A stretch of 24,000 nucleotides of DNA from Dethiosulfatarculus sandiegensis (lineage in GTDB: Bacteria > Desulfobacterota > Desulfarculia > Desulfarculales > Desulfarculaceae), in contig NZ_AZAC01000027.1 of assembly GCF_000931935.2 (NCBI RefSeq), forward strand, positions 7,194 to 31,193, read 5' to 3'. Made by a program: the position numbers and the translations under genes. The notes beneath the pieces were generated by a model. It searched no databases. It was not told the DNA's origin and worked only from the letters and a program-made list of their open reading frames with translations. Of the stretch, positions 10,058-17,771 are shown piece after piece (position 1 is the stretch's first letter; each line of letters opens with the position of its first letter).

Positions 10058-10485
10058 TTGAGTGCGGTAACCGTGGTCCCTACGCCTGGAGATGACTCAA
10101 GGCTGAACTCATCCATGATTCTTTTTACGCTGGGCAACCCAAGTCCCAGGCCGGCGCCTCCACTGAAATGATCTTGCATGGCCTGTTCAATATCATGAAT
10201 CCCGGGGCCGGAATCCCGGGCGACCACCTCAATGCCCTCTCGCTCGCCTTCCATGATAATTCTTATGATCACTTGCCCGCGACCGGCATAACGCAAAATG
10301 TTGGTGGCCAGTTCCGAAACAGCCGAAGCTATCAAGAACTGCCGGTTTTTTTCAAAACCCATGTCGCGGGTAATGCTCCGAGCCGCGCTGACCGTAGTTG
10401 CGATGTCCGAAGGCTCAAACAGGTTGATCAAGGTCTCGTCAATAACCCGGGATCGATTCGTCAATCTGCCTCTCAATGGGGTCAT
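10045..10485 (-). CDS. RsbT-like anti-sigma-regulatory-factor type Ser/Thr kinase (GHKL ATPase)
   Basis: N box SELATNILRYA, G1 box RDSGPGI, G2 box GGAGLGLGLPSVKR, and the C-terminal GVGTTVTALKW. The start is uncertain. The ATG at 10485 follows AGGAAGAGGA, and a TTG at 10431 would remove the overlap with the STAS gene. The track start at 10539 gives an implausible basic leader. Confidence 0.8.
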   Translation of the reverse strand: MTPLRGRLTNRSRVIDETLINLFEPSDIATTVSAARSITRDMGFEKNRQFLIASAVSELATNILRYAGRGQVIIRIIMEGEREGIEVVARDSGPGIHDIEQAMQDHFSGGAGLGLGLPSVKRIMDEFSLESSPGVGTTVTALKWRN

Positions 10486-10912
10486 TTTCCTCTTCCTGCG
10501 TATTATGATCCTCAAGATCTTCTTCTGTAGGATTTTCACTTTGGGAATCGCCGCGCAAAATCTCCAATCCGTCTTTCATGGTCAGGGCGGTTTCCAAGTC
10601 ATCCAACTCTATATCCAGGTCCACCAGGGCCGAAGCAACGCCGGCCTGGAAACCCACAAAAACGGCTCTTTTCCCCAACAGCTTGATCATGCGGAAGGTC
10701 TGGGCCAGTAACCCGAAGAGCACCGAATCAAGCAATCGCACCCGGGAAACGTCCAGCACCACGCCGCTTAAGGGTATTTTTTCCACCTTGGCCAGCACCT
10801 GCTCCCGTAACATCTGAAGTTCACGATCATCCGGCTCAGCGTTAACCGAAGCAACCAGACAGTCATCCACCACATGCATGCCGTCGCCGTTATGGGAAAT
10901 GACTTTCGACAT
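10439..10912 (-). CDS. RsbS-like single STAS domain protein with an acidic C-terminal tail
   Basis: Colinear with my recollection of RsbS: CLVASV...GVVLDVSRVRLLDSVLFGLL...KLLGKRAVFVGFQAGVASALVDLDI. The phosphorylatable Ser is conserved in the LDS context (Ser63, 10724-10726). Confidence 0.8.
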   Translation of the reverse strand: MSKVISHNGDGMHVVDDCLVASVNAEPDDRELQMLREQVLAKVEKIPLSGVVLDVSRVRLLDSVLFGLLAQTFRMIKLLGKRAVFVGFQAGVASALVDLDIELDDLETALTMKDGLEILRGDSQSENPTEEDLEDHNTQEEENDPIERQIDESIPGY

Positions 10913-10977
10913 ATTGAGGGTTACTCTCCCGATTCTTCAGGTTTGAAAGGTGCAACCGCCAGGCCAAAGGTCAAAAG

Positions 10978-11790
10978 TTACCTGGTGCTGATTTCGTAAT
11001 TCAACATTTTAAAGGCATCCAAAAGGGCGTCTTCCAGGGTTGAGTTGGTGGACACCTCGCCCAGGCTTATGCCCAGCTCCACCAGGGTCTCCGCCACCTG
11101 GGCGGATATGCCTGAGATAATACAGCGGCAACCCATTAATTTTGTGGCCTTGGTTATTTTGATCAGATGGTTGGCCACGGCGGTGTCCACTGCGGCAACT
11201 CCCTGGATGTCCAGGATAATTACCTTGGAAGCGGTTTCGGTGATCTTGGTCAGCATGGCGTTCATCATCTGCTGGGCCCGCATGGAGTCCACTACTCCCA
11301 CCACGGGCAAGACCACTATGCGATCCCACAGCTTAATCGCCGGAGTGGATATTTCCTGGATAGTCCGGCTCTGCTCCTTAAGTTTTTTCTCCGCCCGCAG
11401 CCTTTCGGTGATGTCGAGGATATACTCCAGCCCGCCGACGACCGCTCCGCTCCCATCTCTGAGCGAGGCGGCGGTGTACTCAATTGGTATCTTGCGGCCG
11501 TTGATGTTGGCTTCGCTTAGGGCCGTACTCCTTTGGCCGGTTTCCATGGCCTCCTTCATGCGGCATTCCTGGTTGCCGCAATGAGTAGAATTCATCAAGG
11601 ACTTGCAAGGGGCTCCCTTGATCTGCTCCCAGGGCTTGCCCAGCATGACCCGGCCTGCTGCGTTCATGAATATCACGTGCAGGTTCCGGTCAACAGCCAT
11701 CACCGGCGTTGGTATCTGCTCTATAAGAGTCAACGCCAGCTCACTATTCATCTCTTCTTTGGCTATGGGATTTTTTATTGTCATCGCCAT
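10978..11790 (-). CDS. RsbR-like stressosome sensor/scaffold: N-terminal PAS domain plus C-terminal STAS domain
   Basis: PAS region: IEQIPTPVMAVDRNLHVIFMNAAG...EYILDITER. RsbR-type STAS region: PVVGVVDSMRAQQMM...VIILDIQGVAAVDTAVANHL...GCRCIISGISAQVAETLVELGI. Both phosphorylatable Thr contexts (VDT and AET) are conserved. AAGGA RBS upstream. Confidence 0.85.
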   Translation of the reverse strand: MAMTIKNPIAKEEMNSELALTLIEQIPTPVMAVDRNLHVIFMNAAGRVMLGKPWEQIKGAPCKSLMNSTHCGNQECRMKEAMETGQRSTALSEANINGRKIPIEYTAASLRDGSGAVVGGLEYILDITERLRAEKKLKEQSRTIQEISTPAIKLWDRIVVLPVVGVVDSMRAQQMMNAMLTKITETASKVIILDIQGVAAVDTAVANHLIKITKATKLMGCRCIISGISAQVAETLVELGISLGEVSTNSTLEDALLDAFKMLNYEISTR

Positions 11791-11871
11791 GTTCCTTTTA
11801 GTGATATTAGGCCGTTTATAGGGATCACGAGGGCGGCCCTTTTACGCAAAACTCCATCCGCCTCCGTGGCT

Positions 11872-14800
11872 CTAATTTGCTATCTTATATTTTTTCGGCA
11901 GCCCCCCGACCTTAAGTAGCTCATTTATTTCTTCCTTCAGGGAAATCATCATCTCTTCTCTCCCCACCATCAGACGGCTGAAGCGCTCCAACTCGCCTAA
12001 ATTGCGCCGCAACTCCTCCTCGGCTTTCTTTTGTACGGTCACGTCCATGATCGTACCCACCATGCGAGTCACCAGGCCGTTATCATCATACTCAACTGCC
12101 TTGCCTTTACTTACCTGCCAGCGCAGCTCCCCCGATCCCAGGACCACCCGGTAGGTGACCTCATAATTGTCCCGCCCTCCCCGGCGGTACTTGTCCATCA
12201 TTTCGTCCATCATCCGGCGGTCGTCTTGATGAACGGCATCCCGCCAGAAGCGGTAGGGGTCTTCCAACTCCTCCAGGTCCACCTTCATCAGCTCGGCCCA
12301 GCGTCTATCCACCAGGATTTGGCTGGCCTGCAGGTCGGCGTCCCATATCCCCAGGTTGCCGCCCTCCAAGGCCAGATCAAGCCTTTGCTTGTTTTCCCGT
12401 ACACTAAGCTCCGCCTTTTTTTGGGCGCTGATGTCTGCAACCATGGCAAAGGAACCCGTCTTCCGGCCTGAATCGTCCAGAAAGGGGGTGGCATTGAACA
12501 GACAGGGGATCAGGACGCCGTCGGGCCTTGAAATGGATATCTCGTAGGCGGTTTCTTTCTGTTTTTCCCGTAGAGCCAGTTGCTTTTTTAAAATTTGCAG
12601 GTTTTCCTTGTCATAGAAATCAAAGATATGTCTATCCACAACCTGATCCCTGGGTCTTCCCAGTATGCGGCACATGGCCTCATTGACGTCTTTGGTATAG
12701 CCTTGGTTGTCTATGAACCAAAATCCGTCCAGAGCCGTTCCCAGGATTTTTTTCATGTAGTTTTCGCTGGCCTTGAGGGCGTTTTCCGCCTCTTTTCGCT
12801 CTGTAAAATCATGGGCGCTGGTGCGGAAGCCGGTGAACACTCCCTTATCATCAAAAACCGGGTTCCAGGAAATGGCCACCCACACCTGAAGCCCGTCCCT
12901 ACGTACAACCCGGAAGGGCAGGTCATTAGAGACTTTGCCGTCCAAGGCATGCTCCAAGCTGTCCCGCCAGGTCTGGTGGTCGTCAGGATGGATAAGAGGC
13001 AGGGGGTAGTCTCCCATGGCTTTGCATTCCTCGACCGAATAGCCGGTGATGCGTTCCACTGCCGGGTTGAGCCAGATCAAGCGGCCTTGTGCATCATGCC
13101 ACCCCTCCCAGTCATAGGTGTAGTCGGCGATGATGCGGAATTCATCCTGGGAGCGGCGCAAGGCATCCTCGGCCGCCTTGCGTTCTGTTATGTCGCGCAC
13201 CGTCCCCACTGCGTACCATTTTTCATCGAGCTGGAAGGAGGAGAGGGTAACCTCTACCGGGAATTCCTCGCCTCTGCGGTTACGGGCGGTGATTTCCGTG
13301 GTCTTGCCAAGCACCGGGCCCTGGCCGGTCTCGGCAAAGTGCTTTAAGCCGACGGCTATCTTGTTTCGGTACTTTTCCGGCGCGGCCATGTCATGGAAGG
13401 ACATGCCCTTGGCCTCTTCGGTGTTATAACCGAAGAGCCTCTCGGCGGCTGGATTCCAAAACAGCATCTTGCCATTACTGTCAATCATGACCAGGGCGTC
13501 CTCCACCGCTTGGCTCATGGCCATGACCATGCGTTGGTTGGCCAAGTTTTCCTGCTCGGCAAGCTTACGCTCTGTTATGTCCAGGATAAAACCATTGAAG
13601 ATAAGGCCATCGGCGGCGCTGGTGGGAAAGCCATTTAGCCTCACCCATTTAATCTCTCCGTCGGGCAGGAGGATGCGGCCCTCAAAATTGATGCTTTTTT
13701 CCTGCTCGACCGCTTGCTGAAAATTATTTTCGAGCCGTTTTCTATCATCCTGGTGGATTACCAGCAGGCGCTCTTCGTTTATAATCACCTCGGCCGGTGC
13801 TCCAAAGAACTCACTGGCCTGTTGGTTGAGATAGATGTATTTTCGTTTTCCATTGAAGGGAACATGCAGCTGAAATATCGCTCCCGGCACGTTGGCGGCC
13901 ATGGAAGTGAACCGTTCTTCCGCCTTTTTACGTTCAGCCACCTCTCCTGCGATCCGCCGGTTCCAGGCTATGACCACGGCCAGGATAAGGGCAAATACGA
14001 GAGCCGCCAGACCGCCCACTCGCGCCACATCTCCCCAGTCAAGCTGCCTGACCACCCTGATCTTCAGCCACTTTTCATAGATTAATGCTTTCTCTTTCTC
14101 GTCGAAACCGGGCAGAAATTTGTCCAGGATACTGACCAGCTCCGGCCAATCCTTACGGACTCCAATGGAAATTTTGTAGGTATAGGGAGATGTCGCGGCA
14201 ACCTTGAGGTTTTTGATGCCTTCTTTTCTTTTTACGAATTCCAAGGAAGCAACCGTTCCCACGGCGGCCATGGCCTCGCCGTCCGCGACCATGCGAAACG
14301 CCTCCGTCATGTTGTCGGTCAGCTTTAATCTTAATTCGGGGCGCTCCTTGGCGATAAATTGTTGGACGGCGTAACCTTTGCCTAAGGCAATAGTTTTCCC
14401 TTTTAAAGATGCAAGCCCCGAAACTATCGGCGCGTCATCTCTTGTGATAATCACCAGGGGGGCTTTGAAATAAGGTTTGGTGAAATTAAGATATTCTTCC
14501 CGTTCCTTGGTGTGAACAATCGATGAAACTGCATCCACGCGCTTGGCTTTGGCTTCATCAAGCATCTGATTCCAGGTAAGGCCCTTGACGGGTGAAAGTT
14601 CAATATTTAGTTGGCGGCTTAAAATGCGGATGTAATCAGAGCAAATACCCGCGTAATCTCCCTGACCGTCAAAGTATTCGAATGGGACCCAGGTTGGGTG
14701 CACGCCGAGTCGAATTTTTTTGTGATCCTTTATAAAGGCCTTTTCTTTGGCTGTAAGCTGGGTCTGGCTTATTCCTTGGTCTTTTAGCTCAACCCATTGC

Positions 14801-17022
14801 TGTCGAGTGTTCTTTACCTCCCTGGTGGTCAAATCACCCAAGGCCCTGTCTATAATAGCGGCCAGTTGAGGCCAGTCCTTACGCACTCCGATGGTTAAAA
14901 CCGAGCCCACTGAATCGCGCCGACCCTGGATTTGTAAATTGGAAATCAATTCTTTATTGATTATCCAAGAGGCCACGGCCCGGTTTCCCACATAAGCATC
15001 GGCCCGGCCTCGGGACACGGCATCCAGGGCCATGGCGGTGTTTGGGTATTCAACAATTTTTATTTGGCCGGGGTATTTTTTCTTGAAAGCCTTTACAGTC
15101 CCAAAGCCCTTTTCAAGAGCCAGGGTTTTGCCTTTCAAGTCTTCTTCCTTTTCATAATAGGGGCTTTCTTTACGGGCCACTATGACGTGGGGTATGTTCA
15201 GGTAGGGTCTGGTGAAGTTAAGGTATTTTTTACGCTCCGGCTTGGGTGTCACGTCCATGATTGCGTCTATTTCCTTATCCCTTGCCATGGCGAGATTAGT
15301 TTTAAAAGGCCCGGGCACAATTTCGAATATATCTCCGAGCCTCTCGCTCAATAGCTTCAGATAGCCAATATCAATACCGCTGGGTTTGCCTGAGGCAGAC
15401 AGAAAAGTGATCGGGGGCCAGGCATTCATGACCCCAATGCTGATTTTAGGATGTTGGGCCAGCCATTTTTTTTCCTGGGCAGATAATGTAAAGCGAGGGG
15501 CGCTATCTGCCTTTAGAGCTTTGATGGGCAGCCAGCGAAATTTCAGAGCCTGTATGTCTTCCCTTGATATTGCGTTGAGACCCTTTTGCAAAATATCACG
15601 CAATATGGATTGGTCTTTCAAGGTGGCCATGTGAAGCCTGGTTGCCTCGGGCTTCTCAAGTGACACTTCATCGACAATTTTCAAAGAGGGGATAACATTT
15701 TCCCCAAGTAAATACGTGATGACGCCCAGGCTGCCGATAAATGCGTCCGCTTTTCCCAAGGAAACAGCCTTCAGGCCGTCCAGGACATTATCCGCCTTGA
15801 CGGTTTTTATTTCCCGATGTCCTTTTGTTATGACCCTGGAAATGGAAAAGTCTTCCACTATGGCGAGTTTTTTCCCCGCGAGGTCTTCCAGCCTTCTGAT
15901 ATCCGGGGTTTTTTCATGCACAACCAATACCGAGGGATTGGCAGCGTAATAATTGCTCAGTGCGAATTCACGCTCCCTTTCCGCTGTCTTGTATATGGCA
16001 GGGAGAATGTCTATTTTTTTAGCTCTGAAATCCTTTAACAATTCGGCCCAGGTCAGTCCGTAGACAAATTTTAGCCTTAGCCCCACCTTTTGAGCCGCCA
16101 GGCGCAGCAGGTCATTGGAATAGCCCGTGGGGTTGCCGCTTAGTACGAAGTCAAAGGGAGGCCAGTCTGTTTCAGCGCCGACCACCACCGGGGTCTTTCT
16201 TTCGGTCAGCCATTTCCTTTCCGCTTGGCTGAGAGTAACCTCTGTTTCATCCTTGGCTAAATACCGAGGAAACTGTCTGTTCTTAATGGTTAGAATTTCT
16301 TTTGGGGAAATGGCGGCCAAGCCTTTGTTGACCTGGCCCAGCAGTGTGGGGCGATCCTTGGCAACCCCGGCCAATAGGGGATCTTTTGAAAATGGTGTTG
16401 CGCCTTTGATTATTTTTTCGCTTAAGCCCATTTGTGTAAGGAGCGCCTGGAAGGAAATTGCTTCAGCCGCCACGGCCCTGACCTCGCCTTGGTCCAATGC
16501 GCGGGCCAGTTGTTCCGGGGCGGCTATTTGCCTAAAGGCAATGTCAGGGTGTTTTTGAGTCAAAAGGCCTATGAAAAAGGAATCCTTGAGCACTGCCACA
16601 TCTTTGCCGGTCAACTCGGATGGCGCCACCGGGCCGCCCTTTTTGAGATAGAACAGACTGGTGTTAAAGGTGAACAAAGGTTTGGAAAAGTTCAGCCACT
16701 TGATCATGTAGGGTTCGCGCACAAGCCCACCGTGGATATCCGCCCGGCCGTCGCCCACCATGCGCAGAGTCTCGCCATAGGGCGCGGAGACGAACTCCAC
16801 CTTTATGCCCGTTTTTTCCGACCACAACCGCCAGATGTCCACCAGCCATCCCCGGGCCCGGCCTTTGTCGTCCAGTGTGCAAAAGGGCGGGTAATCATCA
16901 CAGATGGCCACATTCAACGAAATAAATTTTTTGGGGGCGCCATGGGCCGGGTCAGAAAGCGCGCACAGGCAAATCCAGACAGCCAGGGTTACTGCCAGGC
17001 TCCCTGTTAAAAATGCTTTCAT
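11872..17022 (-). CDS. Giant membrane sensor: signal peptide, 4 periplasmic solute-binding (PBPb/Venus-flytrap) domains, 1 TM helix, 5 PAS domains, a short C-terminal helix; no transmitter or output domain
   Basis: 1716-aa ORF with a GAGG RBS 7 nt upstream. Signal peptide LAVTLAVWICLCALSDPAHG. SBP units lie at about aa 32-250, 263-498, 512-745 and 755-988. TM helix VGGLAALVFALILAVVIAW is aa 1002-1020 (13963-14019). PAS repeats each end in D(I/F)TERK or similar (aa ~1035-1155, 1160-1285, 1290-1410, 1415-1540, 1545-1670). It ends NLGELERFSRLMVGREEMMISLKEEINELLKVGGLPKKYKIAN with no H-box or HATPase, GGDEF, EAL or MCP motifs. Confidence 0.9.
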   Translation of the reverse strand: MKAFLTGSLAVTLAVWICLCALSDPAHGAPKKFISLNVAICDDYPPFCTLDDKGRARGWLVDIWRLWSEKTGIKVEFVSAPYGETLRMVGDGRADIHGGLVREPYMIKWLNFSKPLFTFNTSLFYLKKGGPVAPSELTGKDVAVLKDSFFIGLLTQKHPDIAFRQIAAPEQLARALDQGEVRAVAAEAISFQALLTQMGLSEKIIKGATPFSKDPLLAGVAKDRPTLLGQVNKGLAAISPKEILTIKNRQFPRYLAKDETEVTLSQAERKWLTERKTPVVVGAETDWPPFDFVLSGNPTGYSNDLLRLAAQKVGLRLKFVYGLTWAELLKDFRAKKIDILPAIYKTAEREREFALSNYYAANPSVLVVHEKTPDIRRLEDLAGKKLAIVEDFSISRVITKGHREIKTVKADNVLDGLKAVSLGKADAFIGSLGVITYLLGENVIPSLKIVDEVSLEKPEATRLHMATLKDQSILRDILQKGLNAISREDIQALKFRWLPIKALKADSAPRFTLSAQEKKWLAQHPKISIGVMNAWPPITFLSASGKPSGIDIGYLKLLSERLGDIFEIVPGPFKTNLAMARDKEIDAIMDVTPKPERKKYLNFTRPYLNIPHVIVARKESPYYEKEEDLKGKTLALEKGFGTVKAFKKKYPGQIKIVEYPNTAMALDAVSRGRADAYVGNRAVASWIINKELISNLQIQGRRDSVGSVLTIGVRKDWPQLAAIIDRALGDLTTREVKNTRQQWVELKDQGISQTQLTAKEKAFIKDHKKIRLGVHPTWVPFEYFDGQGDYAGICSDYIRILSRQLNIELSPVKGLTWNQMLDEAKAKRVDAVSSIVHTKEREEYLNFTKPYFKAPLVIITRDDAPIVSGLASLKGKTIALGKGYAVQQFIAKERPELRLKLTDNMTEAFRMVADGEAMAAVGTVASLEFVKRKEGIKNLKVAATSPYTYKISIGVRKDWPELVSILDKFLPGFDEKEKALIYEKWLKIRVVRQLDWGDVARVGGLAALVFALILAVVIAWNRRIAGEVAERKKAEERFTSMAANVPGAIFQLHVPFNGKRKYIYLNQQASEFFGAPAEVIINEERLLVIHQDDRKRLENNFQQAVEQEKSINFEGRILLPDGEIKWVRLNGFPTSAADGLIFNGFILDITERKLAEQENLANQRMVMAMSQAVEDALVMIDSNGKMLFWNPAAERLFGYNTEEAKGMSFHDMAAPEKYRNKIAVGLKHFAETGQGPVLGKTTEITARNRRGEEFPVEVTLSSFQLDEKWYAVGTVRDITERKAAEDALRRSQDEFRIIADYTYDWEGWHDAQGRLIWLNPAVERITGYSVEECKAMGDYPLPLIHPDDHQTWRDSLEHALDGKVSNDLPFRVVRRDGLQVWVAISWNPVFDDKGVFTGFRTSAHDFTERKEAENALKASENYMKKILGTALDGFWFIDNQGYTKDVNEAMCRILGRPRDQVVDRHIFDFYDKENLQILKKQLALREKQKETAYEISISRPDGVLIPCLFNATPFLDDSGRKTGSFAMVADISAQKKAELSVRENKQRLDLALEGGNLGIWDADLQASQILVDRRWAELMKVDLEELEDPYRFWRDAVHQDDRRMMDEMMDKYRRGGRDNYEVTYRVVLGSGELRWQVSKGKAVEYDDNGLVTRMVGTIMDVTVQKKAEEELRRNLGELERFSRLMVGREEMMISLKEEINELLKVGGLPKKYKIAN
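14059..16929 (-). repeat. Protein-level tandem repeat: four solute-binding domain coding units inside the sensor gene
   Basis: Approximate units are 16273-16929, 15529-16236, 14788-15489 and 14059-14760. Units 2-4 each open with the same linker motif (LSQAERKWL, LSAQEKKWL, LTAKEKAFI) followed by a W/PP-F motif. The repeats are diverged at DNA level; I saw no long identical nucleotide repeats. Confidence 0.75.
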
Positions 17023-17771
17023 GACAACCTCATGGGTCTAATTGCACCATATTTATGTATGGTTGGGCAAGCCTTCTTACTATTTAATCTCTTTGTTTAG
17101 TAGGTTTTCGTTTTAAGCAAGCCAAACTTCCTCCCAGACTGATACGTCGGGCACCCCAAGTAGGGGATAAAGGGCTAATGAGATACCCCCTGATTGTTAT
17201 CTGGCTGGACAGGAGGCAGGCGGGTTGCGTTGCCCGATATCGAGGGCAGGGCCAACGCCTCCGGCATACTGCTAATCTTGCTATAGCTTCGCAACGGTCT
17301 GCCCGAGGTTGCAATCGGCCTGCACCTTTATTTATGGAGAAGCGAACCTCCTGGCTAGCAATCTGGAACCCGCTTGGTCGAGCGGGGTGGACTGGCTCAA
17401 TGTATCCCTTGAGGGCTGGGGCGGTTGCCCGTTTTTATCCGGCTCTCCCCTTTAAACCTTTTCAGTTGGCAAACAATGTAATTTTTAAAGGAAAAGGGAA
17501 TTGAACCGGGCATTGATCCGGTTAAGCTCAGAAAAGCGGGCAATCGGCGGAGATATATCCTTGGTCCAGAATCAAATGTCTTCCAGGTTAGCCACCTATG
17601 AGTATGAAAAATTAAATTAACTTCCCGTTTGGTACGTTTTCTCTTAAAAACAATGTGGCTGGTTTTTCGGTTTTACTACTATAAAATCAATTATATAAGC
17701 ATGTTAGGTAAAGGGTTCCAGTGACTCATTTTTTTGTAAATACTTCCCGTATGGGCGCGTGGGTCAGAAAT

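Noticed and set aside
12595-13347. 250-aa plus-strand ORF, with 12031-12471, 13714-14085, 16127-16558 and 16432-17010, lying antisense to the giant sensor gene
   Set aside because: They have no recognisable domains or RBS, and the opposite strand encodes a continuous 1716-aa multi-domain protein.
17035-17075. Sigma70-like promoter (TTGCCC, 18 nt, TGCAAT on the minus strand) immediately upstream of the receptor gene
   Set aside because: Both hexamers are weak matches and the spacing was chosen post hoc. The call is not distinguishable from chance without TSS data.
17100-17450. Possible RNase P RNA, tmRNA, SRP RNA or c-di-GMP (GEMM) riboswitch in the GC-rich leader
   Set aside because: I searched both strands by eye for the hallmark strings and found none intact. 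These were GAGGAAAGUCCGG for RNase P, the tmRNA 3' tRNA-like end and tag ORF, the SRP GGAAG/AGCA motif, and the GEMM-I GGCAAACC...ACGCAAAGC. Only short partial resemblances appeared (AGGGCAGGGCCAACGCC and GGGCAACGCAACCCGCC). A covariance-model scan is needed before any call.
17084-17504. Two overlapping ORFs (76 aa on the minus strand, 108 aa on the plus strand) in the long leader
   Set aside because: They are Arg/Cys/Pro/Trp-rich with no RBS and overlap each other on opposite strands. They are more likely non-coding, structured DNA.
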